From NCBI GenBank assembly GCA_963766395.1, contig CAVXZD010000006.1, positions 39,355 through 103,354 of the forward strand: a stretch of DNA of 64,000 bases, given 5' to 3'. Origin of the DNA: an uncultured Actinomycetes bacterium. Lineage in GTDB: Bacteria > Actinomycetota > Thermoleophilia > Gaiellales > Gaiellaceae. A program made the position numbers and the translations under genes. Of this stretch, positions 42,645 to 52,500 are shown one piece after another. Under the pieces are notes generated by a model that made no database searches, had not been told where the DNA came from, and saw nothing but the letters and a program-made list of their open reading frames with translations. The stretch's first letter is position 1, and every line of letters starts with the position of its first letter.

Positions 42645-44100
42645 ACCCGTTTCGAAGCGTCGGCGCGCTGCTCTCGATCGCGCTCTCGATCGTCATCGTC
42701 GGCGCGCTCTTGATCGTCTACTTCATGGTCGTTCCGTCGCTCGCAGCACCGACTGATCGACACCAGGCTGAAGCAGCTCGAAGAGCAATGGCGCCTGGCC
42801 TGCGTGCCGACATTCCAGAACACGAACGATCCCAGGAGAATTCGTCGATGTTCCGCGGCGGCGCGAGACACGGACGCGATCGTCGCCAGGTTGACGCTAC
42901 TCGACCAACAACTTCCTCAACCTCGAGGATTACTCGCTCGGCTTCCAGAAAGCCCCGGAGCTCGGCAGCGATCCGGTTGCGTTGCGCGCGCAGGCCTCGA
43001 ACGAGGTCGAGCACGACACCGTCTTCCGCGACGGGCAGCCGTACGCCGAGGTCGCGATTCCGATCGGCTCCGCCGGCACAGTGATCCTGCTCATCGATTC
43101 TCTCGCCTCGCAGTACGCGACGATCCACGTCGTCAAGCGCCGCCTGCTGATCGCCGGTCTGGTCGGCTTGCTCGTGGCGCTCGGCGTCGGGTACGGAGGC
43201 GCATGGGCATTCGCGCGCCGGATCAAGCGCCTGGAGCGCGCCGCGGACCGCATCTCGTCGGGACGTTTCGACGCGCCCGTGGTCGATCACAGCCTGGACG
43301 AGCTCGGCGAGCTCGCCCGCGCCTTCGACCGCATGCGGCTGCGCCTCGCCCAGCTCGACGATGCCCGGAAGGAGTTCATCGCCAACGCGTCCCACGAGCT
43401 GCGGACGCCCCTCTTCTCGCTCGGCGGCTTCCTCGAGCTGATGGACGACGAGGACCTCGACGAGGACACGCGCCGCGAGTTCCTCGCGGCGATGCGCGAG
43501 CAGGTCGCCCGCCTGACCAGGCTGGCCACGGACCTGCTCGACCTGTCGCGGCTCGACGCCGGCCGGATCCGCCTCGAGAGCCAGATCTTCGACCTCGAGC
43601 CGCTTGCGCAGACGGTCGCCGAGGAGTTCAGCCCGGTGGCGCTCGCGAACGACCACTCGCTCGAGGTGGCTCCCGGTAACGGCGGCGCGCAGGCGGTCGG
43701 CGATCCCGAACGCGTCCTGCAGATCGGCCGACTGCTGGTCGAGAACGCCATCGTCCACACACCGCCCGGCACTCCGGTCCGGCTGCGCGTCCAGGACGGA
43801 GACGGACGCGCGGTGCTGACGGTGGAGGACGAGGGGCCCGGCATCCCGGAAGGTCACTCCGAGCAGGTGTTCGAGCGCTTCTACCGGGCGGAGGGCGGGC
43901 GAACGTCCGGAAGCGGTCTCGGGCTTGCGATCGCGCGCGAGCTCGCCGTGCTGATGGGCGGAACGATCGAGGTCGACTCGAAGCCGGGCCGGACGGTCTT
44001 CTCGCTGACGCTGCCGACCCCGGAGGAGGACAAGCCGGACAAGCAGGAGCGCGAAGCGCTCGCAGAAGTTTCCACGTGGAACATCGTTGTCACGATAGAC
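42641..44100 (+). CDS. sensor histidine kinase (HAMP, HisKA, HATPase_c), apparent frameshifts; 3' end unresolved
   Basis: TM start MNPFRSVGALLSIALSIVIVGALLIVYFMVVPSL. ORF 42982..44508 carries ..FIANASHELRTPL.. (H-box) and ..DEGPGIP..FERFYR..GSGLGLAIAREL... No in-frame stop occurs before 44508, which is inside htrA. The lower-GC, palindrome-rich stretch 44060-44150 looks intergenic, so the stop was probably lost to an indel. Confidence 0.8.
44067..44082. promoter_or_regulatory. parS-like palindrome GTTTCCACGTGGAACA
   Basis: Contains the perfect 12-bp palindrome TTCCACGTGGAA. It matches the canonical parS TGTTTCACGTGAAACA at 12 of 16 positions, with the same T-to-C change in both half-sites. 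Confidence 0.3.
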
Positions 44101-44152
44101 AACGAACCGGACGGCACGGCCTGCTCCCAGAACGCACAGCTACATTCAGCAC

Positions 44153-45343
44153 GTGCCGCGAGCTCTCGTCTACGCGCTCGTCTCGCTCGCCAGTGCCGCG
44201 GCGGGCGCGGCGCTGGTGCTCGGGATCGGCAAGGCATCCGGCTGGATCGACTCGAAGACGACGACGGTTGTCGTCGACAACCGCCCGTCGCCGCAGGAGC
44301 AGGCGGCCGTCCAGCCCCAGCCTTCGCCGCTTCCCACCTCGTTCGACGCGCAGGCGATCTACGCCAAGCGCTCGCCCGGCGTGGTCACCATCTTCAGCAC
44401 GTTCCCGACGGGCGAGCAGGGACAGGGGTCGGGCTTCGTCGTCACTCGCGACGGCTACGTCCTCACCAACGCGCACGTGATCACGACCGCGCCGAACCAG
44501 CCGGTTGAGCCCGCCTCCAGCGTGTACGTCGAGTTCTCGAACGGCGACCGCGTGGACGGCGACATCATCGGCTACGACCTCTTCTCCGACGTCGGCGTCA
44601 TCAAGGTCGACCCCCCCGGCCGCCGGCTCACGGCGCTGCCGCTCGGCGACTCGTCGAGCGTTGTCGTGGGCGAGCCGGTGGCGGCAATCGGCAGCCCGTT
44701 CGGAAACGAGAACTCGCTCTCGGTCGGCGTCGTCTCGGGCACGAGGCGTTCGATCTCGTCCGTGACGTCCGAGTACGAGCTCACGGATGCGATTCAGACC
44801 GATGCTGCGATCAACCACGGCAACTCCGGCGGCCCGCTCCTCGACGGGCGGGGCCGCGTGATCGGGATCAACGCGCAGATCCGCAGCAACACCGGCGGTG
44901 GGGAGGGTGTCGGCTTCGCGGTGCCCGTCGACACCGTCCGCCGGTCGATGCACCAGTTGCTCACCCACGGCGAAGTGAAGTACGCGTACGTCGGGATCAC
45001 GACCGACGACCTCACTCCCGCCCTGGCCCGCTTCCTGCACGTGCCCGTGTCGACCGGCGCGCTCATCACCTGCGTCAAGCCGGACAGCCCCGGCGAGCGG
45101 GCCGGCCTCCACGCCGGCACGAAGCAGCTCAGCTTCGAGGGCGCGCAGGTCACCGGCGGAGGAGACGTCATCCTCTCGATCGACGGCCGCACCGTCCGCA
45201 GCGGGAGCGACGTGGTGCGCCTGGTCGGCCAGCGACTCGACCCCGGGCAGAAGGCGACGTTCACCGTCCTGCGCGGCAGCGACCGCAGGCAGGTCGCGGT
45301 CACGCTCGGCCAGAGGCCGGCTCAGCCCGCGGCCGGCTGCTGA
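44153..45343 (+). CDS. HtrA/DegP-family trypsin-like serine protease with PDZ domain
   Basis: Intact ORF with an N-terminal TM helix, ..GSGFVVTRDGYVLTNAHV.., ..TDAAINHGNSGGPLLD.. (catalytic Ser) and a PDZ segment ..GALITCVKPDSPGERAGL... Confidence 0.9.
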   Translation: MPRALVYALVSLASAAAGAALVLGIGKASGWIDSKTTTVVVDNRPSPQEQAAVQPQPSPLPTSFDAQAIYAKRSPGVVTIFSTFPTGEQGQGSGFVVTRDGYVLTNAHVITTAPNQPVEPASSVYVEFSNGDRVDGDIIGYDLFSDVGVIKVDPPGRRLTALPLGDSSSVVVGEPVAAIGSPFGNENSLSVGVVSGTRRSISSVTSEYELTDAIQTDAAINHGNSGGPLLDGRGRVIGINAQIRSNTGGGEGVGFAVPVDTVRRSMHQLLTHGEVKYAYVGITTDDLTPALARFLHVPVSTGALITCVKPDSPGERAGLHAGTKQLSFEGAQVTGGGDVILSIDGRTVRSGSDVVRLVGQRLDPGQKATFTVLRGSDRRQVAVTLGQRPAQPAAGC

Positions 45344-45370
45344 GCGCAGTGCTGCGATAGCGTTCACACG

Positions 45371-45791
45371 GTGACGACCGAAGCCAGCATCGTGCGACTG
45401 ACCATCCCCGCGAAGGCGGAGTACATCACGCTCTGCCGCCTGGCCCTCGCGGGCATCTCGCATCTGCGCGAGATCGGCGACGAGACGCTGCACGACCTCA
45501 AGCTCGCGCTCACCGAGGCGTGCACGAACTCCGTTCGCCATGCGTACGAGGCGGGGAACGAGGGCAACGTCCAGATCGTGTACGAGCTCGGCGAGGAGGA
45601 CATCTCGATCGAGGTGATCGACGAGGGTGAGGGATTCGTGCTGGACGAGGCGTCCGAGACCGACCGGATGAGCGAGAGCGGCCTCGGCATCGCCATCATC
45701 CGCTCGCTCGCCGACGAGCTGGAGATCGAGCCGGGCGGAGGGCCGCGGCTCGCGGCTCCGCTTCGTCAAGCATCTCGGAGCCGCGGCTTAA
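45371..45791 (+). CDS. anti-sigma regulatory factor, RsbW/SpoIIAB-type serine kinase (HATPase_c), one apparent frameshift
   Basis: ..LKLALTEACTNSVRHAY..ISIEVIDEGEGF..SGLGIAIIRSLADELEIE.., then ..RLRFVKHLGAAA and TAA 45789-45791 after a shift near 45745. Confidence 0.7.
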
Positions 45792-45802
45792 AAGGAGCAC
45801 CA

Positions 45803-47083
45803 GTGCTCCAGCAGGTCAACGTCGGGCACAAGTCGCTTCGCGACTACGCGACGCTGGCCACGCGCGGGCTGATGGAGCAGATCCGCAGCCTGTCCGAGCC
45901 GCTCGCCGGCAAGCGCGTGCTGCATCTGTCCGCGACCGCGTTCGGCGGTGGCGTCGCCGAGATCAACTACACGCTCATCCCGCTCATGTCCGACGCCGGG
46001 CTCGACACCGAGTGGCGGATCATCCACGGTGCGGACGAGTTCTTCGAGGTGACGAAGACGATCCACAACGCGCTCCAGGGCAATCCGCAGGGCCTGAGCG
46101 ACGAGCAGCAGGAGGTCTTCCGGCAGTACAACGCGCTGAACGCCGCGCAGATCGAAGGCGAATACGACTTCATCATCGTCCACGACCCGCAGCCGGCGGC
46201 GGTGCGCGACCACTTCCCGAGCTCCGACACGCGCTGGATCTGGCGCTGCCACATCGACCTGTCGACGCCGAACGAGCAGGTGCTCGACTTCCTCCTGCCG
46301 TCGCTCGCACGCTACGACGCAGCCGTCTTCCATCGGCGCGAGTACGTCCCGCAGGCGGCCGACCTGCCGATGGCGGCGATCTGGCCGCCGGCGATCGACC
46401 CGCTCGCGCCGAAGAACATGGCGCTCTCGGCGGAGGACGCGAGCTACATCGTCGACCAGTTCGGCATCGACGTCACACGGCCGCTGATCACGCAAGTTTC
46501 CCGCTTCGACCCCTGGAAAGACCCGCTGGGCGTGATCGACGCCTATCGCGTGGTCAAGGAGCAGTACCCCGAGGTCCAGCTGGCGCTCGTCGGGTCGATG
46601 GCGCACGACGACCCCGAGGGCTGGGACTTCTACAACCAGACCGTCAGCTACGCGGCCGGAGACCCGGACGTCTACATCCTCTCGAACCTGAACAACATCG
46701 GGGCCGTCGAGGTCAACGCCTTCCAGGTTCACTCGGCCGCGGTGCTGCAGAAGTCGATCCGCGAAGGCTTCGGGCTGACCGTCAGCGAGGCGCTCTGGAA
46801 GGCGCGGCCAACGGTTGCCGGGCGCGTCGGCGGGATCGTCGACCAGATCGAGGACGGCGTGACCGGCTGGCTCGTCGACTCCTCGCTCGAGTGCGCCGAG
46901 GCGTGCATGTCGATTCTTCGCGACCCGGCCGCCGCGCGCGCGCTGGCGCTGCGCGGGAAGGAGCACGTGCGCCGGAACTTCCTCACTCCACGGTTGCTAC
47001 GAGACTGGCTCGTGCTCTTCAACCGGCTGCTCGGAAACGACACTGCCGGCGCGGAGATCGCGACCGCCGCCGCGCCGGTATGA
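45803..47083 (+). CDS. treT: trehalose synthase, TreT-type glycosyltransferring (GT4)
   Basis: GTG 45803 is preceded by AAAGGAG. The frame is intact to 47083. The N-terminal block ..HLSATAFGGGVAEINYTLIPLMSDAGLDTEWRIIHGADEFFEVTKTIHNALQGN.. matches my recollection of archaeal and Rubrobacter TreT. The GT-B C-terminal half contains ..QKSIREGFGLTVSEALWK... Confidence 0.75.
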   Translation: MLQQVNVGHKSLRDYATLATRGLMEQIRSLSEPLAGKRVLHLSATAFGGGVAEINYTLIPLMSDAGLDTEWRIIHGADEFFEVTKTIHNALQGNPQGLSDEQQEVFRQYNALNAAQIEGEYDFIIVHDPQPAAVRDHFPSSDTRWIWRCHIDLSTPNEQVLDFLLPSLARYDAAVFHRREYVPQAADLPMAAIWPPAIDPLAPKNMALSAEDASYIVDQFGIDVTRPLITQVSRFDPWKDPLGVIDAYRVVKEQYPEVQLALVGSMAHDDPEGWDFYNQTVSYAAGDPDVYILSNLNNIGAVEVNAFQVHSAAVLQKSIREGFGLTVSEALWKARPTVAGRVGGIVDQIEDGVTGWLVDSSLECAEACMSILRDPAAARALALRGKEHVRRNFLTPRLLRDWLVLFNRLLGNDTAGAEIATAAAPV

Positions 47084-48559
47084 GCGAACGGCGAAAGCTG
47101 ATCGTCGCGTCGAACAGGGCGCCGGTGTCGTATCGGCTCGAGGACGGCCGCCGGGTGGCGCGCCGCGGGGGAGGCGGTCTCGTGACCGCCCTCCGCAGCC
47201 TCGTCTCCCAGCACGACGTGACCTGGATCGCGAGCGCGATGACCGAGGAGGACCGGGTCGCAGCGGCCGAGGGGAACGGGGACGCGTTCGAGGAGACGGC
47301 GCGTGACGGCTCTTCCTACCGCCTGCGCTTCGTCGTCAGCGATCCGGCCGCGTACGACTGGTACTACAACGTCGTTTCCAATCCAACGCTCTGGTTCATC
47401 CAGCACTACCTGTGGGATCTCGCGTACGAGCCCGCCTTCGACAAGGGGCTGCACCACGCCTGGGAGGAGGGCTACGTCCCCGTCAACCAGGCGTTCGCCA
47501 ACGCGATCCTGTCCGAGCTCGAACGCGAGCCCGAGGCGACCGTCTTCCTGCACGACTACCACCTCTACCTGGTGCCGTACTTCGTCCGGAAGGAGGCACC
47601 AGACGCGTTGCTGGCGCACTTCATCCACATCCCCTGGCCGCAACAGGACATGTGGCGCGTGCTGCCGGAGCCGATTCGCCGGGCGGTCCACGAGGGGCTG
47701 CTCGGGAACGACATCGTCTCCTTCCACGCGCGGCGCTGGTCGCGGAACTTCGTGCGGTCGTGCGCCGACTTCGTCGGCGTCGGCGTCGACGGCGACCACG
47801 AGGACGCTGCGCTCGTCTACGGCGACCGGCGCGTCCTCGTGCAGACGCATCCGATCTCGATCGACCCGGCCGAGTTCGACGAGCTCGCCGTGTCCGAGGA
47901 GGTTTGCGCCGCCGAGCGGGAGCTGGTTGCTCGCCGCCCCGAGAAGTTGATCCTGCGCGTCGACCGCACGGACCTGTCGAAAAACATGGTCCGCGGGTTC
48001 CGCGCCTTCGAGGCCTACCTCTCCGGACATCCCGAGATGCACGGGCGGGTGACGATGCTCGCGCACCTCGACCCCTCGCGCCAGGACATCCCCAACTACG
48101 CCGAGTACCTGGCCGCGATTCAGCGCGCCTCCCGCTCCGTGAACGATCGCTTCCAGTCCGAGGGCTGGATCCCGATCGAGCTCCACGTCGAGGACGATTT
48201 CGCGCGCTCGGTCGCCGCGTACAAGCAGTACGACGTCCTGCTCGTGAACGCGATCTTCGATGGGCTCAACCTCGTCGCCAAGGAGGCGCCGCTCGTCAAC
48301 GAGCGCGACGGAGTTCTGATCCTGTCCGAGAACACCGGCGCGCACGAGGAGCTCCACCGCTGGGCGATCACGGTCAACCCGTTCGACGTCTCCGAGCAGG
48401 CCGAGGCGATCCACGAGGCGCTGGAGATGTCCCCATCCGAACGGCGACGCGCGGATCGAGGCGATTCGCTCCCACGTCCGCGAGCACGACCTGACTGCCT
48501 GGATCGGCGCGCAGCTCTCCGATCTGGACCGCTGGGCGGCCCGCGCGGTGCGTTCGTGA
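47080..48559 (+). CDS. otsA: trehalose-6-phosphate synthase (GT20), one apparent frameshift
   Basis: MSERRKLIVASNRAPVSY..GGGLVTAL..WFIQHYLW..FLHDYHLYLVP..LRVDRTDLSKN..LVNAIFDGLNLVAKE.. (frame of ORF 46012..49722), then ..IEAIRSHVREHDLTAWIGAQLSDL.. after a shift near 48450. ATGA overlap with treT. Confidence 0.85.
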
Positions 48560-50134
48560 CCGTCGCCGCAGCGAAGGCGCTCACGCCCGTCGACCCGGCC
48601 ACGCTCGAGCCTGTCGGGACGGTCGAGGTGACGCCGCCGGAGGCGATCCCTGAAATCGTCGCCGAGGCGCGGCTCGTGCAGCGGCGGTGGGCGGAGTCGG
48701 CACACGACGAGCGCCGGGCGTTGCTCGTCCGCGTCGCCCACTTCCTGCTCGACTCGGCCGACGACCTCGCCGCGACGATCACGGCCGAGACGGGGAAGCC
48801 TGTGCTCGAGGCGTATACGGCCGAGCTCTTCCTCGCGCTCGAGCAGCTCCGCTGGACGGCCGCGAACGCGGAACGAGTCGTCGGGGGAGAGCGCGTGCGC
48901 TTTACCCAGCCTTACCTTCGACACAAGCGCGGACGGTTGCTGTACGAGCCCTACGGCGCCGTCGCGGTGATCGCACCGTGGAACTTCCCCTTCGGCATCC
49001 CGTTCACCCAGACGATTGCCGCGGTCGCGGCGGGGAACGCCGTCATCGTCAAGCCGTCCGAGCTCGCGCCGCTGTCGGGCGCGTGGGTCGAGCGCGCGTT
49101 CGAGGCCGCCGGCGCGCCTGCGGGGCTCGTCCGCGTCGCCCAGGGTGACGGCTCGACCGGCGAGGAGCTCGTCCGGGCGCGCGGAATCGCGAAGGTCTTC
49201 TTCACGGGGTCGACCGCCGTGGGTCGCGAGGTTGCGCTCGCGGCCGGCGAGCGCTTGTGCCCGGTCTCGCTCGAGCTGGGCGGCAAGGACGCGATGCTCG
49301 TCTTCGAGGACGCGGATCTCGACCGTGCCGTCGAGGGAGCGCTCTGGGGCTCCTTCTCGAACTGCGGGCAGACCTGCGCCAGCGTCGAGCGGATCTACGT
49401 GGCGCGCGACCTGTACCAGCCCTTCGTCGAGGAGCTGGGACGCCGCGCCGCGCGCCTCCGGATCGGGCCCGGCAGCGACTTCCGCACCGAGCTCGGGCCG
49501 CTGATCTCCGAGCATCAGCGCGCGAAGGTCGAGCGGCTCGTCACCGACGCCGTCGACGGAGGAGCGAGCGCGGCGACCGGAGGCGGCCGTCCCGACGTCG
49601 GGCTCCCAGGCTGGTTCTACGAGCCGACCGTGCTGACCGGAGTCGGCGGGGACGCGGCGCTTGCGCACGAGGAGATCTTCGGGCCGGTCGTTGCCGTCGC
49701 AGCCGTTCGGCGACGAACGTGAAGCGGTCCAGCTGACGAACGACTCCCCCTTCGGCCTGAGCGCGAGCGTCTGGACGCGCGATCGCGAGCGCGCCGCCCG
49801 GGTCGCTTCCGGGCTGCACGCGGGCTCGGTCTGGACGAACGACCTGCAGTACTCCTACGCGTCCGGCCAGGCGCCCTGGGGTGGGTACAAGGACTCCGGC
49901 TTCGGCCGCACGCACTCGAAGCACGGGCTGTACGAGTGCACGCAGATGAAGTTCGTCGACTGGGATTCGGGACGCGTCCCCGTCCCGTGGTGGTATCCGT
50001 ACGGCGAGGACGTGCTCGACGGGTTCCGGGGGCTCGCCGGCGTTCTGTACGGCAGCGGGATCGGGCAGCGCGCTGCGGCGGCGTGGAGGCATCGGCGCGG
50101 TCTTTACGCGCTAGGCCGGCGCTACCTTGGCTGA
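48556..50134 (+). CDS. NAD(P)-dependent aldehyde dehydrogenase, one apparent frameshift
   Basis: VTVAAAKALTPVDPATLEPVG..VIAPWNFPF..VIVKPSELAP..FTGSTAVG..ELGGKDAMLV..CGQTCASVERIYV..EEIFGPVV.., then ..LTNDSPFGLSASVWT.. (ORF 49661..50134). Shift near 49700. GTGA overlap with otsA. Confidence 0.85.
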
Positions 50135-50801
50135 TCCGCAGGGCGAGGCGCTCCGGCGGATGGAGGGCGCCGGGGCCTACAACGCGTGGCTCTTCGAACG
50201 TGCGCGGCCCCATCTCGGCCGGCGCGTACTGGACGCGGGCGCCGGCGTCGGAACGTTCACGGGCCTGGCGGCAGACGGGCGTGAGGTGGTCGCCGTCGAG
50301 CCCGACCCTGCGCTGCTACCGCGCCTGCGCAGCCGGTTCGAAGGACGCGAGGACGTCCGGGTCGTCGAAGGGACGGTCGAGGATGTCGGCGGAACGTTCG
50401 ACGCGATCGTCTGCCTGAACGTCCTGGAGCACATCCCGGACGACCTCGGCGCACTGCGTCGTTTCCACGAGCTGCTCGAGCCCGGCGGCAAGCTGCTCCT
50501 GCTCGTCCCGGCCCATCCCTTCCTGTACGGCTCGATCGACCGCACCGTCGAGCACGAGCGGCGGTACACGAAGAACGGCCTCCGTGACCGGCTGCGGGAG
50601 GCCGGCTTCGAGGTCGCCGAGCTGCGCCTCGTGAATCCTCTCGGCGCGGCGGGCTGGTTCGTCTCCAGCCGCGTGCTCAAGCGCGAGCACGTGCCGGAGG
50701 GGCCGCTCAGGCTCTACGACAAGCTGCTTCCGGCGCTCCGTGTCCTCGACAAGGTGGACGTCGGGGTCGGGCTGTCCGTCTGGGCCGTCGCGCGCCGCTA
50801 G
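50127..50801 (+). CDS. class I SAM-dependent methyltransferase
   Basis: Intact ORF with motif I ..RVLDAGAGVGTFTG.. and ..LNVLEHIPDD..LEPGGKLLLLVP... Confidence 0.8.
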   Translation: MADPQGEALRRMEGAGAYNAWLFERARPHLGRRVLDAGAGVGTFTGLAADGREVVAVEPDPALLPRLRSRFEGREDVRVVEGTVEDVGGTFDAIVCLNVLEHIPDDLGALRRFHELLEPGGKLLLLVPAHPFLYGSIDRTVEHERRYTKNGLRDRLREAGFEVAELRLVNPLGAAGWFVSSRVLKREHVPEGPLRLYDKLLPALRVLDKVDVGVGLSVWAVARR

Positions 50802-50806
50802 CCCTC

Positions 50807-51552
50807 CTAGTCGACGAAGCGGAACCAGAACAGCACCCACATCGCGTGGAACGCGTCCCGGAGGCGCACCTTCTTGCCCTGCTCGACCGTCCGCGGCGAG
50901 TAGCTGATCGGAACGTGGTGGATCCTGTAGCCGCGCTTGCGGACCTTCGCGGTCACCTCCGGGCAGAGCTCGAACCGCGACGCGTGCAGGTCGAGGTCGA
51001 GGATCACGTCCCGCCGGAAGACCTTGTACGCGGTCGCCTCGTCGCGGATCCGCTGCGTGTACAGCGCGGATGCAGTCGTGGCCAGGATCGTGTTCGCGAG
51101 GCGGTACTTGAAGCCCATGCCGGGAATGCGCCGGTGGAAGCGGTTCCCGTAGACGACGTCCGCCTCGCCGCTGCGGATCGGCTCGATCAGCGCCGGGTAG
51201 TCGGCCGGGTCGTACTCGAGGTCGGAGTCCTGGATGAGGATGATGTCGCCGCGCGCGTACTTGAGGCCGATGCGGACGGCGGTGCCCTTGCCCATGTTGA
51301 TCATCGCCTGGTGGACGCGAACGCAGGTCGCCGCCCTGTTTCCGCTCCTGCTCGAGCTCGTCCACCGTCCGGTCGGTGGAGCCGTCGTCGACGACGATGA
51401 TCTCCTTCGGGATCGGCACGTCGCGGACGCGCCGGATCACCTCGGCGACGTGGTGCTCCTCGTTGTAGACCGGGATGATGACGCTCAGCAGGGGCGTCTC
51501 GAGCGCGAGCTCGCGCTCCGTGCCAGGCTGCGCTTCGAGCTGCTCGACCACG
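50807..51552 (-). CDS. GT2 glycosyltransferase, one apparent frameshift
   Basis: [42 protein letters not shown].. (frame of ORF 50316..51746), then ..[30 protein letters not shown].. (ORF 50807..51304). Shift near 51325. Confidence 0.8.
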
Positions 51553-51577
51553 CAAAGATGGTATATCCGGCTTGCGC

Positions 51578-52024
51578 ATGTCCAATCTCTCGCACGTTGA
51601 CGAATCGGGCGACATCCACATGGTCGACGTCGGCTCGAAGCCGGTGTCGCGCCGGCGCGCGACCGCAGCCGCGGCCGTGACCATGGCGGCCGAGACGGCA
51701 CGGCAGCTGCGTGAGCTGCCGAAGGGGGACGCGCTCGCGACCGCACAGATCGCCGGGATCATGGCCGCGAAGCGGACGTCGGAGCTGATCCCGCTCTGCC
51801 ATCCGCTCCCGCTCTCGGTCGTCGACGTGCGTCTCGAGGTCGGGGAAGACCGGGTCGAGATCACCGCCTCGGCCGAGACGACTGCGCAGACCGGCGTCGA
51901 GATGGAGGCGCTCGTCGCTGCCACGGTCGCGGCGCTGACCGTCTACGACATGGCGAAGGCGATCGACAAGGAAATGACGGTGTCCGAGGTTCGCCTCGTC
52001 GAGAAGACGAAAGAGCCGGTGTGA
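51578..52024 (+). CDS. moaC: cyclic pyranopterin monophosphate synthase
   Basis: ORF 51572..52024: [77 protein letters not shown]... An alternative TTG start is at 51572. Confidence 0.9.
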   Translation: MSNLSHVDESGDIHMVDVGSKPVSRRRATAAAAVTMAAETARQLRELPKGDALATAQIAGIMAAKRTSELIPLCHPLPLSVVDVRLEVGEDRVEITASAETTAQTGVEMEALVAATVAALTVYDMAKAIDKEMTVSEVRLVEKTKEPV

Positions 52025-52500
52025 GAGCAGCCGTGCTGACCGTCTCGGACGGCGTCTCCGCCGGCGAGCGCGAGGACGGAAGCGGCGACCTGCTCGCCGA
52101 GCTGCTGGCCGCCGACGGGTACGAGGTCGAGCGGCGCGTGGTGCCGGACGACGCCGACGTGATCGCCGACGCGCTCGCGGAGCTCGCCGAGGACGCGCAG
52201 CTCGTCCTCTCGACCGGCGGCACCGGCCTCGGCCCGCGGGACGTGACGCCCGAGGCGACGCGCGGCGTGATCGAGCGCGATGCTCCCGGGATCTCGGAAG
52301 CGCTTCGTGCCGACTCGATCGCCAAGACCCCTCACGGGCTCCTCTCCCGCGGCGTCGCCGGCGTCCGCGGCCGTGCGCTGATCGTCAACCTGCCCGGCTC
52401 CACGGGCGGATGCCGCGACGGCTTCGCCGTCCTGCAGCCGGCGCTTCGCCATGCCCTCGAATTGCTCGCGGGCGAGGCCTCCGCGCACCGGCAGACGTGA
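52021..52500 (+). CDS. mog: molybdenum cofactor biosynthesis protein MogA/MoaB family
   Basis: Intact ORF: ..[59 protein letters not shown]... It overlaps moaC by 4 nt. Confidence 0.85.
   Translation: MRAAVLTVSDGVSAGEREDGSGDLLAELLAADGYEVERRVVPDDADVIADALAELAEDAQLVLSTGGTGLGPRDVTPEATRGVIERDAPGISEALRADSIAKTPHGLLSRGVAGVRGRALIVNLPGSTGGCRDGFAVLQPALRHALELLAGEASAHRQT

Noticed and set aside
46729-49668. 979-aa ORF on the minus strand
   Set aside because: It is antisense to otsA and the aldehyde dehydrogenase, low-complexity and Arg/Asp/Glu/Pro-rich. The sense strand carries clear conserved proteins, so this is a high-GC artefact.
46012-49722. 1236-aa plus-strand ORF that looks like a giant fusion protein
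   Set aside because: Its first 350 or so residues are an out-of-frame read of treT. The rest is otsA running into the aldehyde dehydrogenase, because an indel near 48450 removes the otsA stop from the frame. It is not a real fusion.
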